A DNA stretch of 32,000 nucleotides, taken from contig BAAFSQ010000005.1 in NCBI GenBank assembly GCA_054661495.1, positions 30,001-62,000 on the forward strand, read 5' to 3'. Under the pieces are notes generated by a model, which saw nothing but the letters and a program-made list of their open reading frames with translations, had not been told where the DNA came from and did not search any database. The translations under genes were made by a program, and so were the position numbers. Each line of letters starts with the position of its first letter. Position 1 is the first letter of the stretch. The DNA comes from Zygophlyctis sp. KS116 (taxonomy: Eukaryota; Fungi; Chytridiomycota). This document shows positions 12,181 to 23,565 of the stretch, one piece after another.

Positions 12181-12826
12181 ATGTTCTTGCTATCACATCT
12201 GACTGATAATGTTCGAGTGAATCCTCAAGACTTTAATAAACCGTCTGCAATAGCAATCAAGGATGCATTAAACAGGAAATATGCTAATCGCATTCTGCAT
12301 CAGGTTGGACTGGGAATTAGAGTCTTTGATATTGAAAGTATTTCTGATCCGATTGTTCTAGCTTGTCAAGATGGATCTTATCAATGTAAAGTAGTTTTTA
12401 GATTAGCAGTATTCAGGCCCCTTAAGGGAGAAGTCCTGGTCGGAAAGATAAAGGATGGTTCAGCTCAACAGGGACTTAAAATATCCATTGATTTCTTTGA
12501 AGATATTATTATTCCTCCTAATTTTCTAATGCCTGGAACTGTCTTCGATGCTGAAGAAGGAGTGTGGGTTTGGAAATATGAAGGAAATGATTTATATATG
12601 GTAAGCACTCTATTTTCTAAAATTAACCTAGGATCCAGATCAAGAGATTAGATTCAGAGTTGAAAATGATGTTTTTATTGATATTGGTCCTATAAGAGAG
12701 CCGAAAAACGCCAATAGTGTAGAGAAAATTGACGATTCTTCTTCGATCTGGAATAAAAATGTTCCATATACAATCATTGCATCAGCCGCTGAATCTGGAC
12801 TTGGACTGCTATCTTGGTGGGAGTAA
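12181..12826 (+). CDS. RPC25: RNA polymerase III subunit RPC25/RPC8
   Basis: LNRKYANRILHQVGLGI...VFRLAVFRPLKGEVLVGKI...FFEDIIIP...VWVWKY...GLGLLSWWE*. 31-nt intron at 12601-12631. Confidence 0.95.
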
Positions 12827-12829
12827 TTT

Positions 12830-14494
12830 TTAATTCCAAGGGTTTTCATCGAATCCAGGCATTTCAGACTGTTTGGGAAGTTTTGAGAGTTGAGTATTGT
12901 CAATTTCAGTAGTTTGTTTCGAATACATTTCTGCCATTCTTTCAGTAATACTTGAATTTCCTCCAATAGAAGCATTAAATTCGATTTGTGGTTCATCAAG
13001 ATGATGTTTATCGTTTGACCAGCTATCATTAAGAGATACATCTGCATGGTCAACAGTTGTTTGAGATTGCCATGTGCTATCGGCATATTCTTCTTTGATG
13101 AATGGTTGGCTTATACTTAGTTGTGAGTTTAGTGTTGCATCATTGGCCATTATATCCCATGTGTGCGAATCAAAGTCGTTTAGACTGTATGAAGATTCGA
13201 TCGGTAGCCTTGATTCTACATTTTTAGCATAGCAATCATCATTTTTTATGGATATTTGAGGTTCTGAAGTGGAAGGAAAAGAAAATCCTTCTAAATCAAG
13301 TGGAATAGTGTTTGATGGGCTCTTTGCTGGATTTTGTACTTTTGGAGCCAGCAAGTTTGATGATCCATGCCTACTACTTGATTGAGATCTTGGAGGTAAA
13401 GGCGGCAACTGATCATTGATACTAGTTCCGACTTTGGAGTTTCCTAAAGTTGAAGTTGTATTGATTCGTGATAGTGAAACATCCTCATAATCAGGTAGAT
13501 CATTCCTTGGGCCGTTTACAGCTTCTATTAGTATTAATCTACGCTCTTGGAATAGCTTGTCCTGAATTTGAGACAATTTAGACTCGGTATCTGTAATGGC
13601 TTTCTCTTTTTTTGAGATGCGTGGTTTTGTTGCAGCTAAGAGTTGAGCGACAACAGGCTTGACCTCTCTAGCCCATGCGAGTATATTTTCTGGTAAGGGC
13701 GGTAACGCTGTGATGTTATCTTCATGATAAGGATCAGCAATCGATAAGTAATTCCATGCTTGTGATAAGCAAGTATCTGCTATGAGAGAGTTTGCTTCAA
13801 TATCTAATGGCTTAAAAACTATTCAACTTACTATTAACTGAAATCTTTTGTAAATGCTCATCAACTATGACCTCTTCAGATTGATCAATAATCAAATCAA
13901 TTGCTTTTCTTGCTTCTACAAGAAGCGGAATAGATTTTTGATAATTATCAATAGACTCTTTTGCCTCGCTTATTTCATTTTTCCATCTAGAGATAGACTG
14001 AATACACCATTTTTCTGTTTTTGTTTTTTCTATGTCTGATCTATCTAAATCCACAATGCTGTCAACGATACGCGCAATATCCTTTGAAATCCTTTGAATT
14101 TGTAGCTGCCTTGCTCCTTCCTTTTTTCTCTTGATTTAAATTATTTGAAAATTACAAACTCTATATTTTGTGAGATCAGTGCGTCCATTTTCTGTATCCT
14201 TTGTCGTTTTGAGTTGATAGCAGACATTGGATCTAGACCCAATTTCGGACTTGATGTGATAAATTTCAGAGACAATATACTTGAAAGAGATGAACCTCTT
14301 GAAGAATCTTCCTTTTGCGGCTTATAAGAAGCAATTTTGGAATTTAATTCCTCACGCAAAGCTGTCCGATCATCTTCTAACTTTCGCAGTTCGATGTTAA
14401 GTTCTGTTATGGAGTTCTTTTTAGAAACTGTCAACTCTTTGATTTTTCTTTCACAATCCAACAGCTGCTGGCCTTTTGAGAGCAAGGTTGTCAT
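12830..14494 (-). CDS. Hypothetical coiled-coil protein with disordered Pro-rich tail ending NPWN
   Basis: 26-nt and 28-nt introns join ORFs 14141, 13812 and 12830 into one frame. Helical, charged N-terminal half; LPPLPPR motif; terminal DENPWN. Start uncertain (first in-frame ATG 14494). Confidence 0.65.
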
Positions 14495-14548
14495 AATATT
14501 CCGGACGAAATTGGAAAATTGCCCGTTCTGAGGATCAGCCACTATTCT

Positions 14549-14592
14549 TAAAAATATATTTAGACTATTATAAAAATTTATTTAGACTATTA
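14549..14592. repeat. 22-nt tandem duplication (21/22 identical)
   Basis: taaaaatatatttagactatta followed by taaaaatttatttagactatta. Confidence 0.85.
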
Positions 14593-14612
14593 TTATGCGA
14601 TCATTCATTCCA

Positions 14613-17600
14613 CTAATCTAAGACTGCAGAACCCCTATGAGTGATGGGGATCCCGAAAAGTTTGAAATGAATTCGACCAATCATTGATATCAACACTGGA
14701 ATTAAAGCCTTCACCTCTTGCATTGACACAAGTTCTTTGGTTAGCCTATTGAGCCACTCAACTGGGCCAAATCCTGGTCTGATCAGGTCTATATCCATTG
14801 AAAAGTCCCTCTTTCGCATCAATTCTATCAAATTCCTAATAAAATGCACCGGATTGAAGTTTGACCATGGGAATTTAATTCCAAACACACCATTTTCCGG
14901 ATTGGTGTCAATAGCTCCACCTTCTAAAACATTTTTTACCACAATTGAACCTTTTGATTCAAGAACTATAATATCCTGATCTCCAGCGTCAATAGAAACC
15001 TTCATTTGACCAAGATTGATATGTAGAGGACCAGTATTTGGGAATGTCACGACAAATTCCAAAGGGACTATTTCCACACCTTGCTTAGTAAGAGGATTTA
15101 CAGCTCGAACATCAAAAGTCAGTGGTCTATATAGATAGAGATCTGGAGCCTGCATATATGCTTCATCCATTAAATCAAAAACTGCTCCATTCAGACCCGT
15201 AAGTTTTATGTAACCAAGCCTAGCATTTTGTGCATAATCAGTATCATTAAGCATAAATAATACAGCTTCCTTCATCATGTCTACAATGGAATTATTTTCA
15301 AAATTAGGTTCAATTAGTACCCCAAAAGATACCGGCTTGCCTGGAGAAACAGAAAGGTTATCAAAAGCTGCATCCGCAGCTTTTATCAATGGCCCCTCAC
15401 CCGCTATTTGATATAAAATGGCAGCATTGAACATTGGTAACGTAACATTCAAAGGTAGGAACGATGGTAAGACACTAGAAGTTACGAACCCGGTAACTCC
15501 GACGTCTGCTACAGTCGCAGCAATATTATATAGTTCACTTTTATATTAAGAAAAAAAGCTTACATTGGCCGTTTTTCATCGAAAAAGTTTTTGACCAGTC
15601 CCATTATCAGTCCAAATGGAGGTTTCAACCCAACTTTAGAAGCGATCCGAGAAGCGGAACTTTCAGAGGATCCAAACAAAACATTATGAACAGAAACTTC
15701 ATAATTAGGCGCATCAGACTCGTGCCAAAGTATATTTCGAACCAAACTTACTATTTTTTGACCATTAGATTTATTTGAAGCGAAAGGGATGCTAACTTTT
15801 GTAAAAACTTTTCCGTTGACCATCCTTACATCAAGTTTGGCAGAGCAAAATGCCATATTATCAAGTAGCACGTCTGTACTAATAAATGGCATATTAACAT
15901 TGATCGTATTTGGAATCCCGACTAATTGGACTACTGCATCAGCACCAAAAGAATTGTGGTCATTAATATCAACATCGAGCTTTTGAATGTCTAACCCAAC
16001 AGATGAATTTCCGTGCATTATTTGCTCAAACAGAGGATATAAAAAGTCTTTCACCAACTGAAGTATAGGTTCCACAGGTATATAGAAACTAGATTTAGAG
16101 AATGTATCGATCAAATCATTCTCGTTTACACCAAACTTCAATCCTTTTCCGCCAATATTATCGGCCAAATTCCCATTACTCATAATTTTGTCAACTAGAT
16201 TTGCTATGTGTTCTTGAATCATAGCTGTGTCATCGAGAGCGATATGAGCATGAAAGGCAGCATTAACAGTCGAATTGACGGATTGTACAACCAACTTATT
16301 CACCAAGGCTATAGATGCCAAACTAGTAATTAATGTTTTAGAATAATATACCTTTCTTCATTCAAAGTGGCTGAACCATCAAAATGACCCATTTCAAGGT
16401 CGACTTTAAATGGTAATTCTTTGATTCCAACTTCACCATTTACAGAAATATAACTAGATTCGGAGGCATCCAAGTTGACAGAGTATACATTCATCCGCCG
16501 CAAAATGTTTTCTAGCATATGTTGAAAATCAGTTTGAAGCACTTGCTGTGCGGTAGAAAGTACAAAATCCAATATTGTAGGATTTAGGAACAGGCTGGCA
16601 GGAATATCCAAGCGAATTTTTCTTAAAAAGCGGAGTGATTCCGATTCAGAGCTACCAAAAATGACTCCAGATATATCAAATGACGATTCGTTTACAAGCT
16701 TCAAACTGCCACTAACAACATCCGAAACAAGGTGTGCGACTTTATTTTGAATTTCATTTGAAGAAGGAAACTGGACATTTGTACTAATATGCATTGAATT
16801 GAGACCAGAATTAATTGAGATACCAGGAGAAGCAATTGAAAAAAATGGAGTACCAGTCAAAGACACATCACTTAGAAAGAATCCTAGACCTGAAACGGAC
16901 ATATTAATAACATTAAACGCAACGTCTGCACCACAATTAATCATTTTGTTGGGGAAGGTTAGAGCATTAAAGCTGTAAATTTGAACCCCCAGTGAGTGAA
17001 TCAAATGGCTAATAGTAACCGTATTTGTGAGCTGACCTATCAATCGCGATGATAACTTCCATAATGAGCTTAGTGGTATTGGAACATTTATATCAGAAAA
17101 TGCAGTGATGATATCGTTTGGAGATGAACCAAAAGCAACTTCACTGAAATGCAAAATATTACTAATAGCTTCATTTTTACGAATCATTTCGCTTATGGTA
17201 CCCAAATGATCAGCCAGAGGATCTTCATCATATGTTTTGAGAATCATGTTCAATGAAAAACTATCCTGTGACCGGCTGTCAAAAATAATTCCTTCGATTT
17301 CTGCGTTAACGAATGAAATGTCGTCAATGCTCATAAAACCACTAATGTAAGGCAATGAAATGTCAACATCGAACGGTATCAATAGTTTGGCTAGAATATG
17401 AAACTGAAGTTTTTTGGATGGTTTAAAATCAATGCCGATTTCCTGAAATGATACTGACAGATTATCACCCAATCCAATAGCAACGCCTCGCCTATCTAAT
17501 GAACCATGAATATTAATTGAGTTGGCATCTATATATTCCATCAGTAGTTGTTCCACATAATCCGATATTCGGGGACCAACCCAACCCAAATGTTCAGTAA

Positions 17601-20600
17601 CAGCTGTTAAATCCAAACCAATATCATGCAGAATTTGATTCTTATCATTCGTATTTATCCCGAAGGCAATTTTTTTAACACCAATTGCGGGTTGAATTCT
17701 TCCGGCTAAAAAATTAGAAAAAAGAAGTGCAATATTTGTAGGCAATCCAGTATCTAATGTGTTGAATTCAATATTTGCGCCAAGACTGATAAGCCCCCGG
17801 CCTCGATTAATTTTAAGCCCCGAAATTCTTATTGTAACTATTTCATGATCTAGATCTCCTAGAGAAAGAGCCATTTCCACATAAGGAATGCTTATTGATA
17901 AAGGAAGAGGATTCGCATATTCTGCTGAAAACCCAGCATTCAAAGTGGAGCCAGGTGATGCACGTAGTTGAATAGCTTTTGGGACTGGGCGCAATGACAA
18001 TAAATCCCGTTCCGATGGAATAAGAGCTGAAATATCAATAATTGCATCATCCGAACCCACATTTGAAACTAAGAATTCCAAAGCGGAGCCAATTAATGAA
18101 GCAGGTATGCTGATAATTACCTGGGACAGCATATCTATAGTCCCTGGACCATTTGGTGAATTTTTCGGTTGAATTACCAGACCAGAAAATTCTAAGCCAG
18201 AAAATCTGCGAATGCTCTGATTTTGATGCGTTATGCCTTCCACAATCGCGCCTATCACGCTTGCTGACTTTTCACCTCCTAAAGCAAGTTGTGCGTCGAC
18301 GCTTAAATTTAAATCCTGAGAGCCTGGTTTTACGAATATCGGTGGGATTTGCAATCGTGCTAGAGATTCACCATCGGATTTGACACCTAAACCGACTGAA
18401 CCAATATCAAGTCCAATATTTGTTGGGTTAAAAATAATTGACTCGACCCCAGATGAAATTAATGTTGAAGATTTCAATTGTAAATCCAATCCAAGCAAGC
18501 GTAAAAGTGTCTGTTTTTTAAGCGAGCTAACAACACTTCCAACAATATCTCTAATCATTGGCTTTAATTCCTCCACTTTGATATCTATAAATATTTTGCT
18601 AAATGTAATAATTTGATGAGCAGTATCCTTCCCCATCACAAGCCCTGAAGCTCCTACTGATAATGATGACAACAATTGCTCCTCCAAAAGCAGATACTCT
18701 AGTAGCTCCTGAATTGGGGCAGATATATCTGCTTTTAAAATAAGGTCAATAATGAATACTACATGAGGGTTTCGGATATCAAAAGATAATCCTTGAGACA
18801 ATCGAGCTTTCGTTAGGGGCTTGCCTGTCCCCCATAAATCTATCTGAGCAAACCCAATATTGAAAATTACAGGAGGAATCCATTTAGGCAAGGTTATTCC
18901 AGCAAGCCCCTCTGCACGAAAACCAGGCTCGGATTCTAGCTGTTTTATATTGATTTGCGGTATTGAAACGGGCAGGCCATTTTCTGACTTAACAATTGAT
19001 TTGATGATACATGATTTGCAAACCAGTGATCCAGGCAGAGTTATTTTAATAGGAGTATTCTCAAAGAGTCGTTCACACCAATGAAACTTATGCATTTTAT
19101 CGTCCAAAAATCCAAAATGATATATTTCTACAAAAGAATCCTAAAAAGTTTTAATTTTTTTAAAAAACATACCGAAGGAGTGGAGGAAAGCAAAGGATTG
19201 ATTGCCCTAGCTAATGCACCAGCTGCTGAATTTGTATTTATAGGATGAATATATATATCAGTATTTATAGACAAAGAGTCTTGTTCCCTAGTAATCACTA
19301 GAGGAGAGGTATTAATCTTAATGGCTGTTACTGATTCACGACCCAATTCAAAATATGTAGTATATGGGAAAACAATCCTTGGTATTGGGATGACAATTGG
19401 AATAGCCATCTTGGAATCCACATGAATATTTTCAGACCCAACAGATATTTCTAACTTGGATGCGGCTATCGTGCTTTTAATTCCTTCAAAAGACATTAAA
19501 TCCGTGATATTAGTAGATTCAATCTGCTTGACAATATCCAAAACTGGTAGCCAAATAGACAATGACTTTGTCATTTTCTCTAAATCAAGTCCTTCGACAT
19601 GAAATGGACCTTTGATAGCAGCGCTGACAAGTTCATATTTACCAGATAACATCTTATCAGATGTTCTAAAGACAGCATCTTGAAACTTAGTAGGATCAAT
19701 TTCTGAGTCATCAAGTACAATTTCCAGCTCAAAATCCAAAGTTTGGAGGCCAAGTCCTAGTTTCAACTCTCTTAAACGAATGATTGCCATGGTAGCATCT
19801 TCAAGACCAACTCTTAGCTCTAAATTTTTCATATTACTTATCCCGATTTTGAATGGATTATCAATTAATACAGTAGTATATATAGTCATTCCAGTGTCTG
19901 ACATACTGATATTTAGAGCATTGATGGCAAACTGAGGAAGGCCCAATTCAGGTAAGATATGAATCCATTCTGAACTTGGAATAGTGTCGTTTATACTAGA
20001 ATCTACTATAATACTATAAATACATATAAAACTTACTTTCATTTTTGAAAAATGGTGGTATAGATGTCATTAAAGATTTAAGATCTGATTTCACATCACC
20101 AACATCAATATTCTTATGTAAAGATAGCCCGGAATACCATTGAATCCCCAATGCAGAGAGTGGAACGAATGATTGAGAATCAATTGAAAAGTCTTTAAGC
20201 CCATCAGATGAAAATGATTTCATTATGGAGTCTATTGCATCTACATCAGAGTTTTCCAATGATATATTTCCTGCAAAATCTAAATCAAAATCGTCATTTA
20301 GCCAAAATTCAATGAATGGAATGTTTAAATGCCCGAGCGTATTCCTTTGATTATCATAAATCGTAAATTCGCAAGGCCCAAACCCAGCTTTTATTGGCCA
20401 AAAGAAGAATGGAGGTAAAGAAGCCTTCACTTTAAATCCAATTGTCTGATTAGATATATCCTCAACCATTATATGATCTACATGCAACTTTTCCGTTTCA
20501 AGTGTATCTAATCTATATTGTATGTAAGAAGGTACAAGAACATAATACGCCAATGGTATAATCACAAACAATAATAAAATAACTATAATAACGACATGCA

Positions 20601-21218
20601 AGAGTATAAACTGCCATTTCTTAAATCTTCCGTGACAGTACTTTTGTCTTCCTTGAGAGTCTATTGATGCCTAAAATTTAGTATATTATATGAAGCGATA
20701 AATTCCCAATATAACAACAATCTTTACTACAAACGACAAACTGATAACAGGCTTGGCTGGTCTAAGCACTTTAAGCACTTAAGCACTTAAGCAACTAAAA
20801 ACAAAGACCTGAAACCAGACCTAAACCTGAACTTGCATTGACGGCAGCGCAGGAACAATGCAGCAGATGCCAAGTCGGTATTACCCAGTAATGAGCGATA
20901 AATGACATTGACAGGTTGAGATCGTTGTAATGCAGATAGTAATATTGACAATTTACCAACACCCCAATTTGATTAACTTACCTTGTAGTATGATGGACAT
21001 TTTCTAGGTGTTTTACTCTTATAAATTCCACTAGAAGCATTATTTAACAGATCATGTCTGACATCAGGTCTTAGCATTGTTTGAAAAGAATCGGGGGATG
21101 TATTAGCAGTTTTATAAGTTTTAGATGAACTAAAGCTCGGAGTAGGAGTAATCGCTTGTCTCCATGCATCTTCATACTGATAATCGTGTTGTAGATCATC
21201 TTCAAGTGGTTCATACAT
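14613..21218 (-). CDS. Giant (~2000 aa) single-pass membrane protein with repeated beta-rich LEA-2/DUF3712 (Tag1-like) modules
   Basis: Five introns (311 nt at 20671-20981, then about 30, 32, 29 and 26 nt) join ORFs 20973, 20014, 19128, 16330, 15560 and 14613 in frame. One TM helix (FILLHVVIIVILLLFVIIPLAYYVLVP). Recurrent NP-type motifs: IDNPFKIGI, IFNPTNIGLDIG, YANPLPLSISIP, FPNTGPLHINLG. The family call is by recognition only. Confidence 0.75.
20763..20793. repeat. Intronic short tandem repeat of TAAGCACT (about 4 copies)
   Basis: taagcact-t-taagcact-taagcact-taagca inside the 311-nt intron. Confidence 0.85.
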
Positions 21219-21308
21219 GAGTAGATCAGTCAGCAGGAATGAAAATTTGTAAAAAGCTCAAACGATCACAAGTTTTGCAGCTGATAAATTTTATCGCCAA
21301 CGGAAATA
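21219..21308. promoter_or_regulatory. 90-bp divergent promoter between the Tag1-like gene and the lipase, containing an inverted GATA pair
   Basis: Head-to-head ATGs at 21218 (-) and 21309 (+). Palindrome GATAAA-T-TTTATC at 21283-21295. Confidence 0.5.
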
Positions 21309-23147
21309 ATGTCAAATACTGATAGTCTCACTTGGAGTCACTACCCAGATGAAATGATTATTTCGATTGAATCGATAGAGTTAAAAATGGAAGCATCGAA
21401 TTTTATATATCTCAGGCTCCGCAATCAGACTCTAAAATTGAAAATTGAGGAAAGCGTTGGTTTTCCAATGGATTTTCATAAATTACTTTTTGACACACTA
21501 AAGGTAAGGATTGATCTTAATTTTCTCTTCTTTCATGACTAACTCTAGGTTTATATATACAATAAAAGGGGTCTCAAGATTGGGAAAATTAAAATTCAAC
21601 TTAATCAGTTAAAATCAATGGAGGGGGAATCTGTGCAAAGTTATAGTGTATCAAGTATAAATTCTCAAGAAATTATTGGACAGCTGGATCTAAAGTTTAT
21701 TTTTTCTGCGTATACTGATCATCCTCTAACGCCACCTTCTGAAACTGCGTTTTCAAATGATTCAGACTTTTCATTACAAAGTTTAACTATATCACAAAGT
21801 GCGCCAACAATTCCAACTTTTAGTAAATGGAGATCGCCATCACAATCGTCCCATTCGTCTTCAATTTCTATTAGATCTAGTAGATCAACGAGCTCTTCGG
21901 TTAGATACCTAGGGTTTTCTGAAAATACCGTGTTTGGTTTCAAGGAATTTGGTGAATTGAAGGCTGCTTATTTTGGGACAGGTTGGAATATATCAAAGTA
22001 TGAACTTTTGAAATCTTATTCTTTGGTTTCAAAGTATATCTTGAAATATAGAAAATTGTAAATTTTAGTCTAGATTAATTATTTAGTCATCATACAGGAA
22101 GGATTATCACAGATGCAAAACAATTGGAAGTGGCTGGATATTTTCTTCATTATTCAATTGCAACGTATGGAGTAGTATTAGTGAATTATTTTGGTTATGG
22201 TAATGGTATTTTAAAGGATCTCTTGCGATCTTCTCCAAACAAAAAGATTGCAATGGAGCATATAAAAATTCCAAAAGAACATATGCTTGTATGGGATTTT
22301 GGACATTGGGAATTGTTTCGTCCAAATTTTTTCATTTGCTGGGATCAGAAAACTCAAGCTATTGTTCTCTCTGTTAGAGGGACATTGAGTATTTACGAGT
22401 CTGTAGCTGATGTTATTTGTGATTATGCACCATTCAAGGATGGATTAGTTCATAGAGGTGTCTTAAGAATGGCTTTGTGGTTGGAAGAGAATATGCTTCC
22501 CAAAATCAAGGGATATATTCAAGAGTTTAAAGCAAAATCCCTTTTTCTTACGGGTCATTCTTTAGGAGCTGCTGCGGTCAGTGTACTTCGAATGTTGCTT
22601 TCCGATCATATCTTGTCATGGGATCCTGATTTCGAAATCAAGACAATTGTATTTGCCACCCCTGCTGCTACATCTTTGAATCTATGTCGACAATATGAGT
22701 CTGAAATTACAGTATATATTAATGAACAAGATGTAATCCCAAGACTTTCTTTTGGTTCTCTTCGAGACTTTCAGGAATTAATAATGTCAGCGTCAACAAT
22801 GCTCACCTCACCAGCACCAATAGAAAATAAATTAGAAGTCATATCAGAAAAACACCAGGAACTATTGAAGTCAGATGTTCATCCCAAATTATACACACCA
22901 GGGAAAATATTCTTCCTGTACAAAACCTCACGATATGGTATTAGACAAGCTCAAGAACCTCATTACGTTTGTGAAGAGTCAGAAGCTGAAAACTTTAGTG
23001 ACTGTAAATTTACTGAAAAGGCACTGTTTCATCATTTTTTGGACAAGTATGATAATAGTTTACGTAGAGTAAGTTTTATTAGATTTTTTACAAACACAGG
23101 CGCACGAATACCTTGAAAAAATGGCATCAACCGAACACCGGGTGTAA
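21309..23147 (+). CDS. Class-3 lipase (DAG-lipase-like) with N-terminal C2-like region
   Basis: IVLSVRGT, VHRG, nucleophile LTGHSLGAA, FATP, NEQDVIPRLS, C-terminal HFLDKY. Introns at 21504-21548 (45 nt), 22058-22086 (29 nt) and 23069-23099 (31 nt). Confidence 0.88.
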
Positions 23148-23497
23148 CTTTTGGGAAATCTGAACAAGTTTTTCATAACTATCTGCATCTACAACTTGAG
23201 ATTATCCTATATTACCAAACTGTCCATCAAAGGCCAAACTTGATATTTCCTGAACTTGCGTTGCATCAACAACTTTTGCGATAACTTCATAGACTCCAGG
23301 CTGCGTCAATGGTGAGTCATGAGCAATGTGAATTACTACTTGCCCCTTGTCACAAGTCTCCATGACAGCACGATTTCCTTCGAGGCCTAAAGTATGAGCA
23401 CAAAAACTTTACCAATGAGCGTCCCAACCAAACGAACCATTTGATTTGTATATTTTGGCAGCAATGAAGAATTCACTCGAACGGCGACAGAATCCAT
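23127..23497 (-). CDS. RPA3: Replication protein A 14-kDa subunit (RPA3/Ssb3); absent from the ORF track
   Basis: Spliced translation MDSVAVRVNSSLLPKYTNQMVRLVGTLIGLEGNRAVMETCDKGQVVIHI...YEVIAKV...FDADSYEKLVQISQKLHPVFG*. Introns at 23387-23412 (26 nt) and 23189-23215 (27 nt). Confidence 0.9.
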
Positions 23498-23565
23498 TTT
23501 TAAGGGGTAGGTTAGAACTCAATCGTTAGAAATACAAGAATAACTCTCTAAATTTGATGACTTTA

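Noticed and set aside
14495-14615. Fusion of the giant Tag1-like gene with the downstream coiled-coil gene, or use of the ATG just after its stop
   Set aside because: The splice combinations I tried gave stop codons or the wrong frame.
20763-20793. TAAGCACT repeats as a CRISPR array or telomeric seed
   Set aside because: Only about four 8-nt units with no spacers, in a eukaryotic intron; not a recognised telomere unit.
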